The notes under the pieces were generated by a model that worked only from the letters and a program-made list of their open reading frames with translations, did no database searches and had not been told where the DNA came from. From Entomortierella parvispora E1425 (Eukaryota > Fungi > Mortierellomycota), in contig BQFW01000002.1 in assembly GCA_020891255.1 (NCBI GenBank), positions 3,100,001 through 3,164,000 on the forward strand: a stretch of DNA of 64,000 nucleotides. The letters are read 5' to 3'. Of this stretch, positions 14,091 to 25,969 are shown piece by piece. Numbering within the stretch: position 1 is the stretch's first letter; each line of letters starts with the position of its first letter. The position numbers and the translations under genes are program-made.

Positions 14091-14342
14091 TTAATTGCTG
14101 CCTGCGCTGGTGGCATCCTTTGGCTCGGCCTCGTTCTCTTCCTCTTCCTCCTCATCGTCTTCCTCCTCATCATCCTCTTCCTCGTAAACTACTTCTGGGG
14201 GAATGGGGAGATCATCCTCATCCTCGTCCTCAAGATCATCCTGAGGCACTTTTGTAAAGTCAATCTTGACGCCACGTGTCCGGCGACCCGAGTGGATGAT
14301 GTTTGAAGTCTCCAAAAAGTCCAAATCTTCATCTATGACGGC

Positions 14343-14376
<34 letters not shown>

Positions 14377-15062
14377 GCGCCAAAAAAAGGAGAAAAGGGA
14401 GTCAAACGTCAGATAGGAGAGTTTTTTCCCTTTTTTTTTTTTTTTTACGCCCGCTTCAAGAGTTTCGTTGGGATAAAGGGAAAAAAAAAATAAGGAGAAG
14501 AAAACAAGTGTTTTAAAAGCCTTGACCCAAAGGTGGGGCTCCTTTTGGCGCAATTGCAACGAATTATCACGTTTCGTTCACCCTAATTTGTTCTCATTGA
14601 CGCAAAAAGGCAAAGAAAACAACATGGACTTTACCCAGATCATCGTCCTCTTGTTCACTGTCGTCTTCCGAGTCCTTGGGGTTGGTGGAAGAGGATGCAG
14701 CAGAGCGCTTGGCAGGCTCGGCGGGCAAAGGATCTGGAAGAAAAAAGATAAAAAAAAAAAAGAAGTCGAATGTTAGAGGGAAAAAAAAGGGTCCAGTTCT
14801 CCCGGCAAGACATGGTGCGGATCAATTGATTGGGATCCTGCAAGAATTGGATAGGTCACCCACCCTCAGCCTTGCGCTTTCCGGTAACAACAGAAGAATC
14901 AGAGGTGTCAATGACTTCGGTAGGACTATTGCCGTATCAAAAAAAAAAAAACAAGAGTCAGAAGAATGAACGGAGTGATTTCAAGTAAGAATTGCGCGTC
15001 TCAAAGAGACAATCCATTCGGAATGCTCTTGTCTTCCTGTTTTAAGCTTACAGTTCAGCCAT
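14091..15062 (-). CDS. CHZ1: Chz1-like histone H2A.Z chaperone, acidic, 4 exons
   Basis: Spliced MAELPTEVID...DEDLDFLETSNIIHSGRRTRGVKIDF (CHZ motif) followed by an Asp/Glu tract. Confidence 0.75.
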
Positions 15063-15382
15063 GGTAGAAGGTGAGAATGAGAGGAGAGGAGAGGAGAGGA
15101 GGAAGGGGGTGCAGGAATGAGGTGCGTGTGAATGCGAAGGAAGAGATTCAATTTGCGTTTTTTCAGTTGGACTGAGAGGGCTAGACACCAACGTCTTGAT
15201 TGTCCACGTGACGGTGACTGATGCACTCATGTACGCGTGCATCAGTTTGCGTTTGATATGAAGACGAGACGGGTTTATTAAAGGTGGATGTTGTGGGTCG
15301 TTGACAACGATGTGGGGTGAGAGTAGTGGGGACGATAGGTCCAGGAAAAGCCAGCGATGAGATGCGATCCTGGGTTTCATTC

Positions 15383-17026
15383 TTAGTCCTGGTCCAAGGT
15401 AGTGCGCCCGTACTCCACAAAATCGTCAATGAGAACGGGCCAAGCACCTAAAACATTACAAGATACATTGGCCGTGTGAGTCAACCTAGAGCCAAAAAAG
15501 AAAAGGGAGAGGAAGAACAAGCATTCGTCATAATGTAGACAAGGAGCGCACCTTCATCGTCGTAGTTTGAGAACTGAGCATCTACTTGGTTAACAAAGTC
15601 CAAAACCTAACAAGAGCAGAGAACAATACTCAAATGATCAGCCAATGGGTAACGTCCGATCAAACATTGTTCTAATGTGGAAAGCAACCAAAACTTACCA
15701 AGAACCAGGTGTCCTTCGATATGGAACGACCGTACTTGTTCTGAACAAAGTCACACCACATCTCCAATCGGGGAAAGCGATCCTTCAGCAGCAGTGACCA
15801 GAAAGGAATGGCAACATCCAAGGCTAAATCCAAATATGAATCAAAACACAGCTTTTCAGTCACTATTCACCAAGTCAGCCCCATGATCCATAGGTTCTAG
15901 TGATAATACTTACGCAAACTCTTTTGGTTCTCGCCCAAGCCGAATGAAAATGAAAAGTGGTAGATCTCCTTGAAGCTGGCGTCGTCCAAAAGTTCTTGAC
16001 GCATACCGGCGATCGAGTTCTTCATCTTTTCAAGAGTATCGCACCTAAATTTCCGAAATGGTCGATAATCATAAATGAGTGGGTTCAATTGGCTTGCCAG
16101 ATCGAGGCTCCATTGCCATCGCAGGATCGTCGATATTAAAACGTACCTTAGCTTGGTCCAACCCTCTACAAAACCTGCACGAGTGAATTCGCACATGTTT
16201 TCTGCCTTCAAGTGCCATGCCATGACCAACATGACAACGTCTGTTGGGTCCACATCGAGAGCCGCACAGAACTTTTCCATGCCTTCAATCAAAATTTGAT
16301 CCTGTTCGTCTAAGAATACAAACAAAGGTACAAAGGTACAAATGCACCCAAAAACGTCAGCACAGCAGCCGCAGTATAGAAGTCAACAACAACATCATGC
16401 AGAGCGACGATGCGATGTGCTCTGCCCCCGGTCCTTTTTTTGCGTTCCAGTGGGGCTTTGTTTGTGTTTTGTGTTTTTCTGTTACCTTTGAAGTCATCAA
16501 AGATCTTTTGAATCTGCTTGACGTTCACGGGGGCACTGGCCTTTGCACTTGATTGGGGCGCAGCGCTCCCTGTGCTTCCGCCACCATAAAAGTTGTTTAC
16601 AGCCACTTGGACATCCCATTTGCAGTCTCTAAGCATGGAAATGGCAGGTCCTTCCCTAGAATGAAGGAGGAAATGAATGAGTAACCCGGCTCAATTTTAT
16701 CAACCCCTTTTGTGGATTGGGATTCCTAAGCATTGTGGCCGACAGCTGCGTAACATTGTTTCGAGGTGGAACCTACTTGATGTTGGTGATTGAGATCAAG
16801 GTTTGGACCTTGAAGCGCTGGTCTTGAGAAAGAGCATTCTGGGACAGAAAAAACGGAGAGACAGCGGAAAGCAAATGGCAACGATCGACAGTAGTCAGTG
16901 TCAGATAGGAGAGGATGAAGAGGAAGATTGAAGAGAAAAGGAGAGGTCTAGCAAGAAGCGGCGCCAGTTGCTCTGGGTATCTTGTCCCTGACCGATGGAC
17001 GACCGAGAAGGTGAGCGACTTACCAT
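15383..17026 (-). CDS. DCN1: DCN1-like neddylation E3 (UBA-like + PONY domain), about 8 exons
   Basis: ATG-only first coding exon at 17024-17026. Motifs WDVQVAVNNFY, EGMEKFCAALDVDP, CEFTRAGF, SISKDTW and NYDDEGAWPVLIDDFVEY. Confidence 0.92.
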
Positions 17027-17463
17027 GATTGTCTACTGAAATGAATGACGAGAGTGGGAAGAGAAGCGAGGAAGGAGATACGACAACGAAGTGACAGTGG
17101 GGGAAGAGGGTGGAGGGAATGAAGGAATGCAAGGAGGAGGAAGGGTAGGAAAGGAAGGAAGGAAAGAAGGATGGAAGCAAGGCGGATGATGTCAAAAGAA
17201 GCGACAGGGTGAATAAGCGAAAGAGAGGGTCACGGGGGATCTTTCCACTTTTGCCACCAATTGATGCATGGCCTTTGTCTTTCTTTTTCCTCTTCTTTTT
17301 CTTTTCCTTTGCTTTCTTCTTCTCTTCTCTTTGCGCTCCTTTTCCTCACTGGCACCCTTCCTCCCCTCTCCTTCTCTCACTCCCTCTCCTTCTCCCTTTG
17401 ACACTCTTCCGTTCACCCGCTCATTCCTTTCTTTCTTCATTCACGCGGCAGCTCGACAATGGA

Positions 17464-20400
17464 ATGGCCGCCATACGACCGCTGGCCGCTGATGTCGCCG
17501 ACGAGCTGCGCGCATCCCTAGTTGTCCATTCCCTGGAGCAATGTGCCCTGGAGCTGGTGCAGAATAGTACGTATACCAAATCAGTCGCTTTATTCTCCTG
17601 GCAGTGAGCCATAAAGAGACCTAACAGCGCTCACGTTCATCCATGCGTCCTTTGTTTAGGTCTTGACGCTAATGCTACAGTCATTGAAGTCAAGATTGAC
17701 ATTGGGAACCACAGCCTTCAAGTTTCCGATAACGGTCATGGCATCTCGAGCAAGGACATGGACCTGATTGGAACACGATATGGTACAAAGCGCGCACTTT
17801 CTCGACCAGCTGCCTATGATAGAATGCATTTTAACAAAGTGTGGATGATTTTTGAACCGGTGTAGCCACTTCGAAATGTTCCACTATTGACGACCTCAAG
17901 CGGATCAAAACATATGGCTTCCGAGGTGAAGGTGAGCTAGCATCTGTGGAGGCACTTTCATGTTTTAAAAAGCTATGACTTCTGTCCTTACTGTGCTGTC
18001 ACTCTTTGTCATAGCAATTGCTGCAATCGCAGACATGTCCCTGATCGACCTTGTATCTCGACCTCGCTCGCAAGAGCACAGTTTTTCAGCCATATTCAAA
18101 GGAGGAGATCGCTTGTTCTGTGGAATGTCAAGCAAGCAGCCGCGTTTTGGTCATGGTTCTACCGCCACCGTTCGCGATCTGTTTTACAAAGTAAATTTCA
18201 TACGCGTTTTCAGTCTTGTTAGCATGAACGTTTGTTTAACATGCGTACTTTACTGTGATACCTAGTACCCAGTCCGGCAGCGGTATTGGTCAGATGCGTC
18301 AGCAGCCAAGGTGGATGCAGAGCTGGAAAAAGTTAAACGCGCTTTGGAGACGCTGGCCTTGGTGACGCCCCACGTAGCCTTAACAGTTATCGACATGTCA
18401 AAAGACGTAAAGATTCTCTCTTGCCGTAAAGCCGACTCCTTTCTTCAGAGAATTACCATGATCCTCGGACAAGGATTGGCCTCTGCTTTAACCTATGTGC
18501 ACTCGCCGGCAGACGAAAGCCATCTTTACACGTTCTCGGGCTATATTTCGACAGTTGGACACTACACCCGCCTTCACCAGTATATTTTTCTGAACAATCG
18601 ACCTGTGCGATACGATAATCTCCTTAAATTTATGATCTCGATCTTTCAGCAATCCAGCTTCTCCAAGGACAGCATCCGAGATGGCGAGACCGAGGATACA
18701 CGAAGGTTAAGAGAAAAGCACCCTGTATTCGTGCTTACATTGACATGCCCGACAAGCCATTACAATATATGCGCGGATCCTTCTAAGGTCACCGTTGAGT
18801 TTGAGGTAAGATATCTACTACCTGGATGTATTTCCGATACCGCCGTTTGTTTTAGTATACTAATATCTCTTTATAATTTTACAATTACCACAGGACGAAG
18901 AGCCTGTATTTCAAATCGTAAGGAACACAGTTATCGGATTTCTAGAGCGGCATCATCTACTCTCTCGGTCAGCAGCCATGACTCTGCGTCATCAAACTGG
19001 TGTGAAGAAACAAAAATCAAAGTCCTCCAGTAGGAGTCTTATCCCGCCGTACCTCGTTCCTGAATTGGTCACCAATTCTTCCTCTTCACGCGTGAAATCT
19101 TCGAGACCGTCAAAAACACGGCCTGCAGACCAATGCTTGAGAGATAACGATAGCGATGGCGTGGTTCAGAGCGCCGGAATCGATGTGGAAGACGATTTGG
19201 AATTTGAACTGGACTACGACTGGATAGCATCGGAACTTCATGACGATTTCGCGAATAGCGAGGTCGACTATTCGCTTAGCCAGGAAAGTGGATTAGATAA
19301 TGGCGGGACAGGGGGACCACAAACCCATGTCACGTTCGAAGCGACTAAACGAGGATACCAACGCGCATCTCTCCCTCATGGAAAACCATCCGAGAGTCTT
19401 ATGGGATTATCCGATAGCTATACAGAGCCTCAATCAATATCAAAGCGGGGTAGAACCTCTCGGATATGGGCAAAAGACGTATTACGAAAGTGGGTCAACC
19501 CTGTTTTTAGTCTTCCTTCGAGAGAAGTATCGGCCATCCCAACTTTATCGCTGGATACTAGCCTCAATGAGCGGCCGGGGTCATGGCCTGGATCAAGCAG
19601 CAGCTCAGTGGCAAAGCGTAGCAGTCGGTTTTTCACTTCAGCCGGGGATAGTAGTCATTTTGATGCCAGATACATTCAGTTGTCCAAGCATAGTCTTCAG
19701 ACTTCCCGCGTTATCGCACAAGTGGATCTCAAATTTATTCTTTGTGCCCTGAGTGTAGAGCTGGAGAATCCTTTGGCAATGTCACATTCAGAGCCCCCGC
19801 GTGTAACAGGAGAGCCTAGCAACAATCAGACATCGGAGAGTTCCACACGAACAGTATTGGCCGTTGTTGATCAGCATGCTGCAGACGAGCGAGTACGGGT
19901 GGAGAATCTGATACGGCAAATGTGCGTTTGCTCTCAAATGGGATCAGGAACCGCCTATGTTGTTGACAGTCAGGAGCGGCCCGTTGTTGGTTCAACTTTC
20001 AGTCCTCTTCAAGGTATTCTGCATAGAGTCGACAGTATGAGTTTGTTGCCTCCATTACCAATCACCCTGACGCGACGTGAATGGCACAGTGCCCAGCAAT
20101 TTTCAGAGTGGCTATACCGGTGGGGCATAGTATTAACTCAGAGACCGCCGTTGCCACATCAGCCATCCGAGGACGATGGTGACTCAGAGATGTATGAGGT
20201 GGATCCACTTTTGGTCTCACGTCATTTCACTTCAACCCAGGATGACCAGGATATGGAGGATACTTTCTGCGCTGGCAGCGCCAATGGAGATATACCCCGC
20301 CCCCCTTCTACAGAATCCGACTTTATTCAAGGATATGTCACAGTGCTGCCTCGCGTCGTTGCCGACCGCTGTGTTGTTGATAGCTCGTTGACCCAAGACT

Positions 20401-21005
20401 TGATCAAGGATACCATAAGTTGGGGAGAGGAAAGTCGACACAGTCGCCATTCAGGCAACGGTCTAAGTACTGGTCTTTCCTTGGCTCCCTCTGAAGGTAA
20501 ACATTGATATAGTGTATCGACCCCGTTTTTTGACCTTTTTTTTTTTTTTTGGTCTAATCTCGCCTTTTTTTTTTTTTTTTTTTTTAAAAAATACATAGAT
20601 GACCGAAATGAGTGGCTTCGTTGCATACAAGGCTGCCCGCGCGCAATCTTGGACATTGTCAACTCTAAAGCCTGTCGAGGCGCCATTATGTTCAATGACG
20701 CACTATCGTTCCAGCAGTGTCAAGATCTCGTCCAAAACATGGCTCGGTGTGCGTTTCCTTTTCAATGTGCTCACGGTCGTCCGAGTATTGTGCCGTTGAC
20801 GCTCTTTGATCGAGAGCCACCACCGCGTCGCAGATACCATGGTCGTCTCCAGCCATCAGAATTGAGCGACAGGTCTCAGGCCCACCCTCTTCAACGATGG
20901 TCAGGCAGACAGGAACCATTCGGGTCAAGGGCCGACACCCCACACGGGGGATCTAGGGTGACATATCTCGATTCCGCAAAGTGGAAAGCATGGAAAAGAG
21001 AATAG
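17464..21005 (+). CDS. MLH3: MutL-gamma subunit MLH3, multi-exon
   Basis: GHKL ATPase motifs ELVQNSLDA, VSDNGHG and TYGFRGEA. Endonuclease motif DQHAADERVRVE, then ACRGAIMFND and FQCAHGRPS. Confidence 0.93.
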
Positions 21006-21150
21006 TGGGAATAAAGACGCAACGTTCTTGTCAACTGCAGCAATCTTTTAGTTGAGGAGGGCGCAAGGGGGTATATTTATTAATGAAGTGATAACTACAG
21101 ATAGCGGGGATGTAGGGGATAAAAGAAGAACGATGAGAGAGTAGCTGGGC

Positions 21151-24100
21151 CTAGGTAGCGTTGGGGGATGGCAAAACCTTGGTGCTCAAGGTGGATTCCA
21201 AGGTGGATTCCAAGGCTGGTCCCATGGAAGAGTAGGAACGTTGAGATGAGATACCCTCATTCTTGTCCCTGTTTGCCTCCTCGTTCTTCTCCCCCTCTTC
21301 CTCTGACATCACAATATCTTCTGAATCCAAAAGGATTTCCTTTGCATCAATCGCTTGGCCTGCCAATCCTTTAACGGTGCCAGAAGCAGCGGTAAAAGGC
21401 GATGATAGCTGCAGCTCCTGGCCAATCTGGTGGTACTGAACCGGGCCGCGGGGTGGGGGCACAGGTAGGCCAGCAAAGGGTCGCCTGTTAAAGTAGTCCT
21501 CTGGAGGTCCGTAACGGTGAAGGCCATCCTTGTGACTCCCGCCTGGCTGTGCTGTAGGAGCTGAGGACGAAAAAGAGGATGAGGAGGCAGAGGTGGTGGA
21601 TTCTTGATCGGAAGACGGTGTGAAGACGGCCATGGAACTCATCAGGGGTGGGAGATCCTGTGGACTGTGAACCACAGAATAGTAGTGTCTACTCTCATGG
21701 GACGTGGCCAGAGCTGCAGGCGGAAGGAAAGTTCCAGTGACGGAAGGCTCATAGGGCGAAGGTGGGTAAGAGGTGTATGGAGTGGAGCTGATGGGAGTGC
21801 TGGCTCCACTGCTAAAGATTGTCAGCAGAGCCTCTGCTGCTGCAACCTCCGCAACCGAGTCAAGCGACAGGGAAACCGTTCGAGAATGAGTCGAGGATGT
21901 CGAAGGATAAATGGGGCTGTATGCGCCATTGGCGCCGCTGCAGCTACCACCGATTGAAGGCGAATTCAATCGAGATGAGGACCACTCAGAGTCCGAGATC
22001 TCTCTTGCGGCGCGGATCAAATCCAGAATGTCATCCTTTCGCCGACTGCTGCTACTACTGTTGCCGCCACCGCCACCGCTTCCACTGTCCTCCATGCGGT
22101 AACTGCGGTTCGAGTGCATTTGCCAAGAGTCGGCCTCATTTCCCGAAGATGTGTCCTCTCGACTAAAGTCTGAGGCTTGACGTGAATATGGGTATGCACC
22201 ACTTCCGGGTCGATTAGGCATCGGACCCTGCCAGGGACTTTGTTCCACAGAGTTAAAGGCCGAAAACACGGACGAGGAGGATGAACAGGTGGGCGAAGGA
22301 ATAGGCGTCGGCACGCAGGACGGACAAAAGTATTGTCTTGAATCCTCGCCCAACTCTTCATAATCACGATCCTCCAAGCCCTTGTCGCAGGCCACATGGA
22401 CCCAAAGAGAACAGCCGTCGCAAAAGATCATGGGCGTTTCGTAATCATCATCCTGATAGATTCGGCAGCAGAGCGGACAAATGTTGCCTTTTTCGGATAA
22501 GGCTGTGCAAGATGGGCAAAGCGAAAAGTCGTGCGACCATCCCTCCACTAGACCGTGTCGGGGATGTGGATGGCGATCTTTTGTCTTTTTCTTTCCTTGT
22601 CCTCCCCCTCGGTCCAACGAAGTGGATCTCTGATGTCGACCCTTGGGAGGCGCACTATCATACGGTACGGCCGGCAGCTGAAGTTCTTGCTTTATCGTGT
22701 TTTCACCAAGGTCTCTGTCGATCGCAGGCACTCCTTTGCATACCTCCGCTGGCAGTTGGTACCCACACTCTATACAGTTCCGACATGAAAAGCATGTCCA
22801 AAAGATAGATCCCGAAAATCCAAGTTCTGTACGGGATAGTGGCGCCTTGCCGAGTCGGAGCACTTCCTTGAGACTCGGTTCCTTCTTCAACTGGCAATCC
22901 AAGTGGACCAAATTCCTGCACTGACTGCATGTCAATATCGCTACTTGCTCCTGTTTCGTTTCCCGTTCCGGTGACTTTCCCGATCCATCAAGAGCGGTAT
23001 GCGATCCTTCTTCAGGAATGGCGCCATCGATTTCCATAGACACATCGGTTTTCTCCTCCTTGAGCGGATCCAAGGTGGGAAGCTGATGAGCGGATATTTG
23101 ACAAAGCGAACAGGTCGAACACCGCGCACAAGTCCATGATCCATCCAGGAGGACAGGTTGTTCTTCCAACTTGCAGTCCGCATAGAACTCGACTCTACAG
23201 TCGCGGCATCGAACGGTTTTTCTGTTGTCCTGCTGAATAGGTGGCGACAAAGGCTTATCCAAGGTAGGGCCTACAACCTTCTCGGTGTTTGGTGTTGTCG
23301 AAGGGATACAAACTCCACACGCGTCTGGTGACAGGGAGGACGAAGAGTTCAATACTTCCATCGACAGGACTTTGAACAGTCGTAGGGTGGGTATCGCAGA
23401 CTGGCCAGATGAGTGCGCAGCAGAGGCGATTTCCTGACGACGTCTTGCAACGCTTTCCAGAGTTAGAGCAGTGGGTCGTCGATGTTTGTTCCTGTGACCC
23501 AGAGTCGAGGCTGAATCCTGCATGGCGAAGAGGGCTCCTGCGGCCTCTAAATGAAGCTGGCGATTCTCAAAGAGCTCAGACGAGACCATGCCTGAGAGAT
23601 CGGAGAGGGTCCGTTTGCGCTGACGTCTTATTGGCTCTCTTCCCTTATCCTTTCCATGACCATTATTCTCTGACTGCGTTGCGATCCGCAGAGCTGCCTT
23701 TTCTGCAGCTCGGGCTGAGGGTCTTTTTCTTTTTTTCCTGTCGTATGAAGCATCATCTATATTATACAAGGGAGAGCGAGCACATAGTGTTAGAAAACCC
23801 ATATACGGTGGATGGTGAGCTATTATCTCTTTGAAAGAGTCCTTTTTTTTTGGTCTTACCAGCTCCAGAAGCACCATTCTCTGTGGCTTCTGATACGTCG
23901 TCAGTCATATCCGCGAGGTATCTCTTTCGCAACACATCCAGCGAAACCTCCGCCATGCCCTGCCCTGCAAACATTGTTTGCAAGGAGGCATCTTGGTGGA
24001 TCGAGATCTTGATGGCCGACCATCCATTGACGGCTACTTTTCCTGTCCTCCCAGCCTTGACCATGGCTGTGGCCCAAGCACTTGGGGTTTCATATTCGTT

Positions 24101-25048
24101 CTGTAGTAACGGAACGAGTGCGGCCGGCTCAGTTCCAGTTGCCTGAGGAAGCAGTGTCCCCTTTTCTGTCACAAGGGCGCTGTGTTCCCGAAAGACTGCT
24201 AGAGTGTTCGCAGGAAGGTAGCCAGTGGAGACGAGGTTGAAGAGGTTAACTCTCTGTTGACTTGTTGGCTTGAGTGTAGGTGACCTGAGATCATTTGGCC
24301 GAGACGCTCCTGAGGACCCCTGTTTCTCCTTGTCTCGGACCATGCCGCCTATCCGCTTTGAATCGGTGCCGTCCTGAGGTTGGGATGGTTGAGAGGTGGA
24401 AAGAGAAGCAGACGAGGATGGTTCTAGATCTGAGAGACGTCCTGTGGACGAATGTCCGGGTTGGTTCCCTTCGCCAGGTCCTGTTTGAATTTGGTTGTAA
24501 TCCTGAGAGAGCATGGCCTCCCCTGAAGCCATCGAGTAGGGTCTCGTCTTCCTTTCTCTTGGAACGGTGATCCTGGATAGATCTCTGCCTGAAAACGCGT
24601 AAGGTGAGGCATTGTTGTGGGATATACTGAGAGACGTCAGGGAGTTGGCAGTAGCGGTGACAGGGCTGGCGAGTGGTGAAGGCATCGAGCTATTGTTGCC
24701 GGTCCACGCCGAGTGCGTATCGTACGAGAGCGATCGGTTGTGTCTGAGTGGAGGGGGTGGTGGACGCTTTGCTCCTGTTCTCGTTCCAAAGGATGCGCCT
24801 GTAGACATGTCGCGACCATGGTCATTGCTTGGGTCCAGGGCCATGTCGAGCTCATTCTCGCTCTGAATTTGCTTCGTGTCTTCGCTTTCATCGTCCGATT
24901 CCAGACTGCTCCGCATGCCCCTTGATTCTCGAAAATGAGATGTTGACGTTGAGATGAGCATGGGTCGACGGGATGGTGTTGGAGACCGTTCCTGAAGGTT
25001 GTCGTCGACCTCGGCCGATGACATGGCAGTTGTTGCTGGTGCCTGCAT
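21151..25048 (-). CDS. RAMA domain + MLL/Trithorax-type triple PHD finger protein, about 1264 aa, no SET domain
   Basis: Exons 25048-23860 and 23756-21151 (GT-AG intron 23859-23757) total 3795 nt in frame. RAMA-like block at 24250-23915. Cys/His PHD pattern at about 23330-22310, including WSHDFSLC...KGNICPLC...YQDDDYETPMIFCDGCSLWVHVAC. Confidence 0.82.
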
Positions 25049-25969
25049 TGGGTTCCTTTGTCCTTTGCTGAACGCGGTTGTTTCCTCGGGTCTGACTGAA
25101 GGTCAAGCAGAGGCTACGGTGCAGACGTGACCTCCCAGCGACTCTTGATTCCTCGTCCGATGAATTGCAGGAGAGGAAGGGGGGGTTAAAAGGAGATTGG
25201 ACCTGCTGCTACTGCGTGGATGGATGGGAAAGGAGAGGACGGCGAGATCAGTCTCTTTATCGGTGTCTTTGAACATGCATTGGATCTGTCCACAGACGAT
25301 CTAGTCGGAGAATAGCCCGACTCTCCGAACATGTTTGCGATCAGTGAGTTGGCCCCAGGTTCCGAACGGGTGGTGCCACGCCGTGATGAAGGGGTGGATG
25401 GACCTACATTGTCGCCTTTTTTTAGTTTGTGCCACACTGGAGGGTAGTGAGACCCCGGGGGAATGGGAAGGGGAGACGGACACGCGAGCGAAAGTCAAAA
25501 GAAGGGTTTCGAGATGGATTTGGGATGGCAAGGGGGATGGAGGGATGAAGGGATGAAGGGATGAAGGGAAGAAGGGCAAGGGAAAGGGAAAGGAAGGAAT
25601 GCACAAGGGGTATCGAGTGAAGGAGGACAGACAGGCAATGCACAATCAAGGTGAAAAGGAATGTGGGACCAAAAGAACATCCACCATTGCTTTTTTCTGC
25701 TTGCTCGCTTTCTTCAGTCCTTTCAATTACAGAGGTCGTGTTTGCATTTAGAGGGTGAGCGCGCTTTGGTGGCGTTTTGGATGAAATGTCAGAAACTTGC
25801 AGGCATGCAGGCACTCCCTTTTTTTGTTGGCGCAACTTCAGATCTTCGGCAGGAAGACTGGAGCCCCTGCACCTTCTTTCGTTCCTTCCTTTTTCATCTT
25901 TCTTCTTCCCCGTCTCTCATCAGCTCATTGTTCGTATCCAGTCCTCACCCTCTCTCTTACGAACTCACA

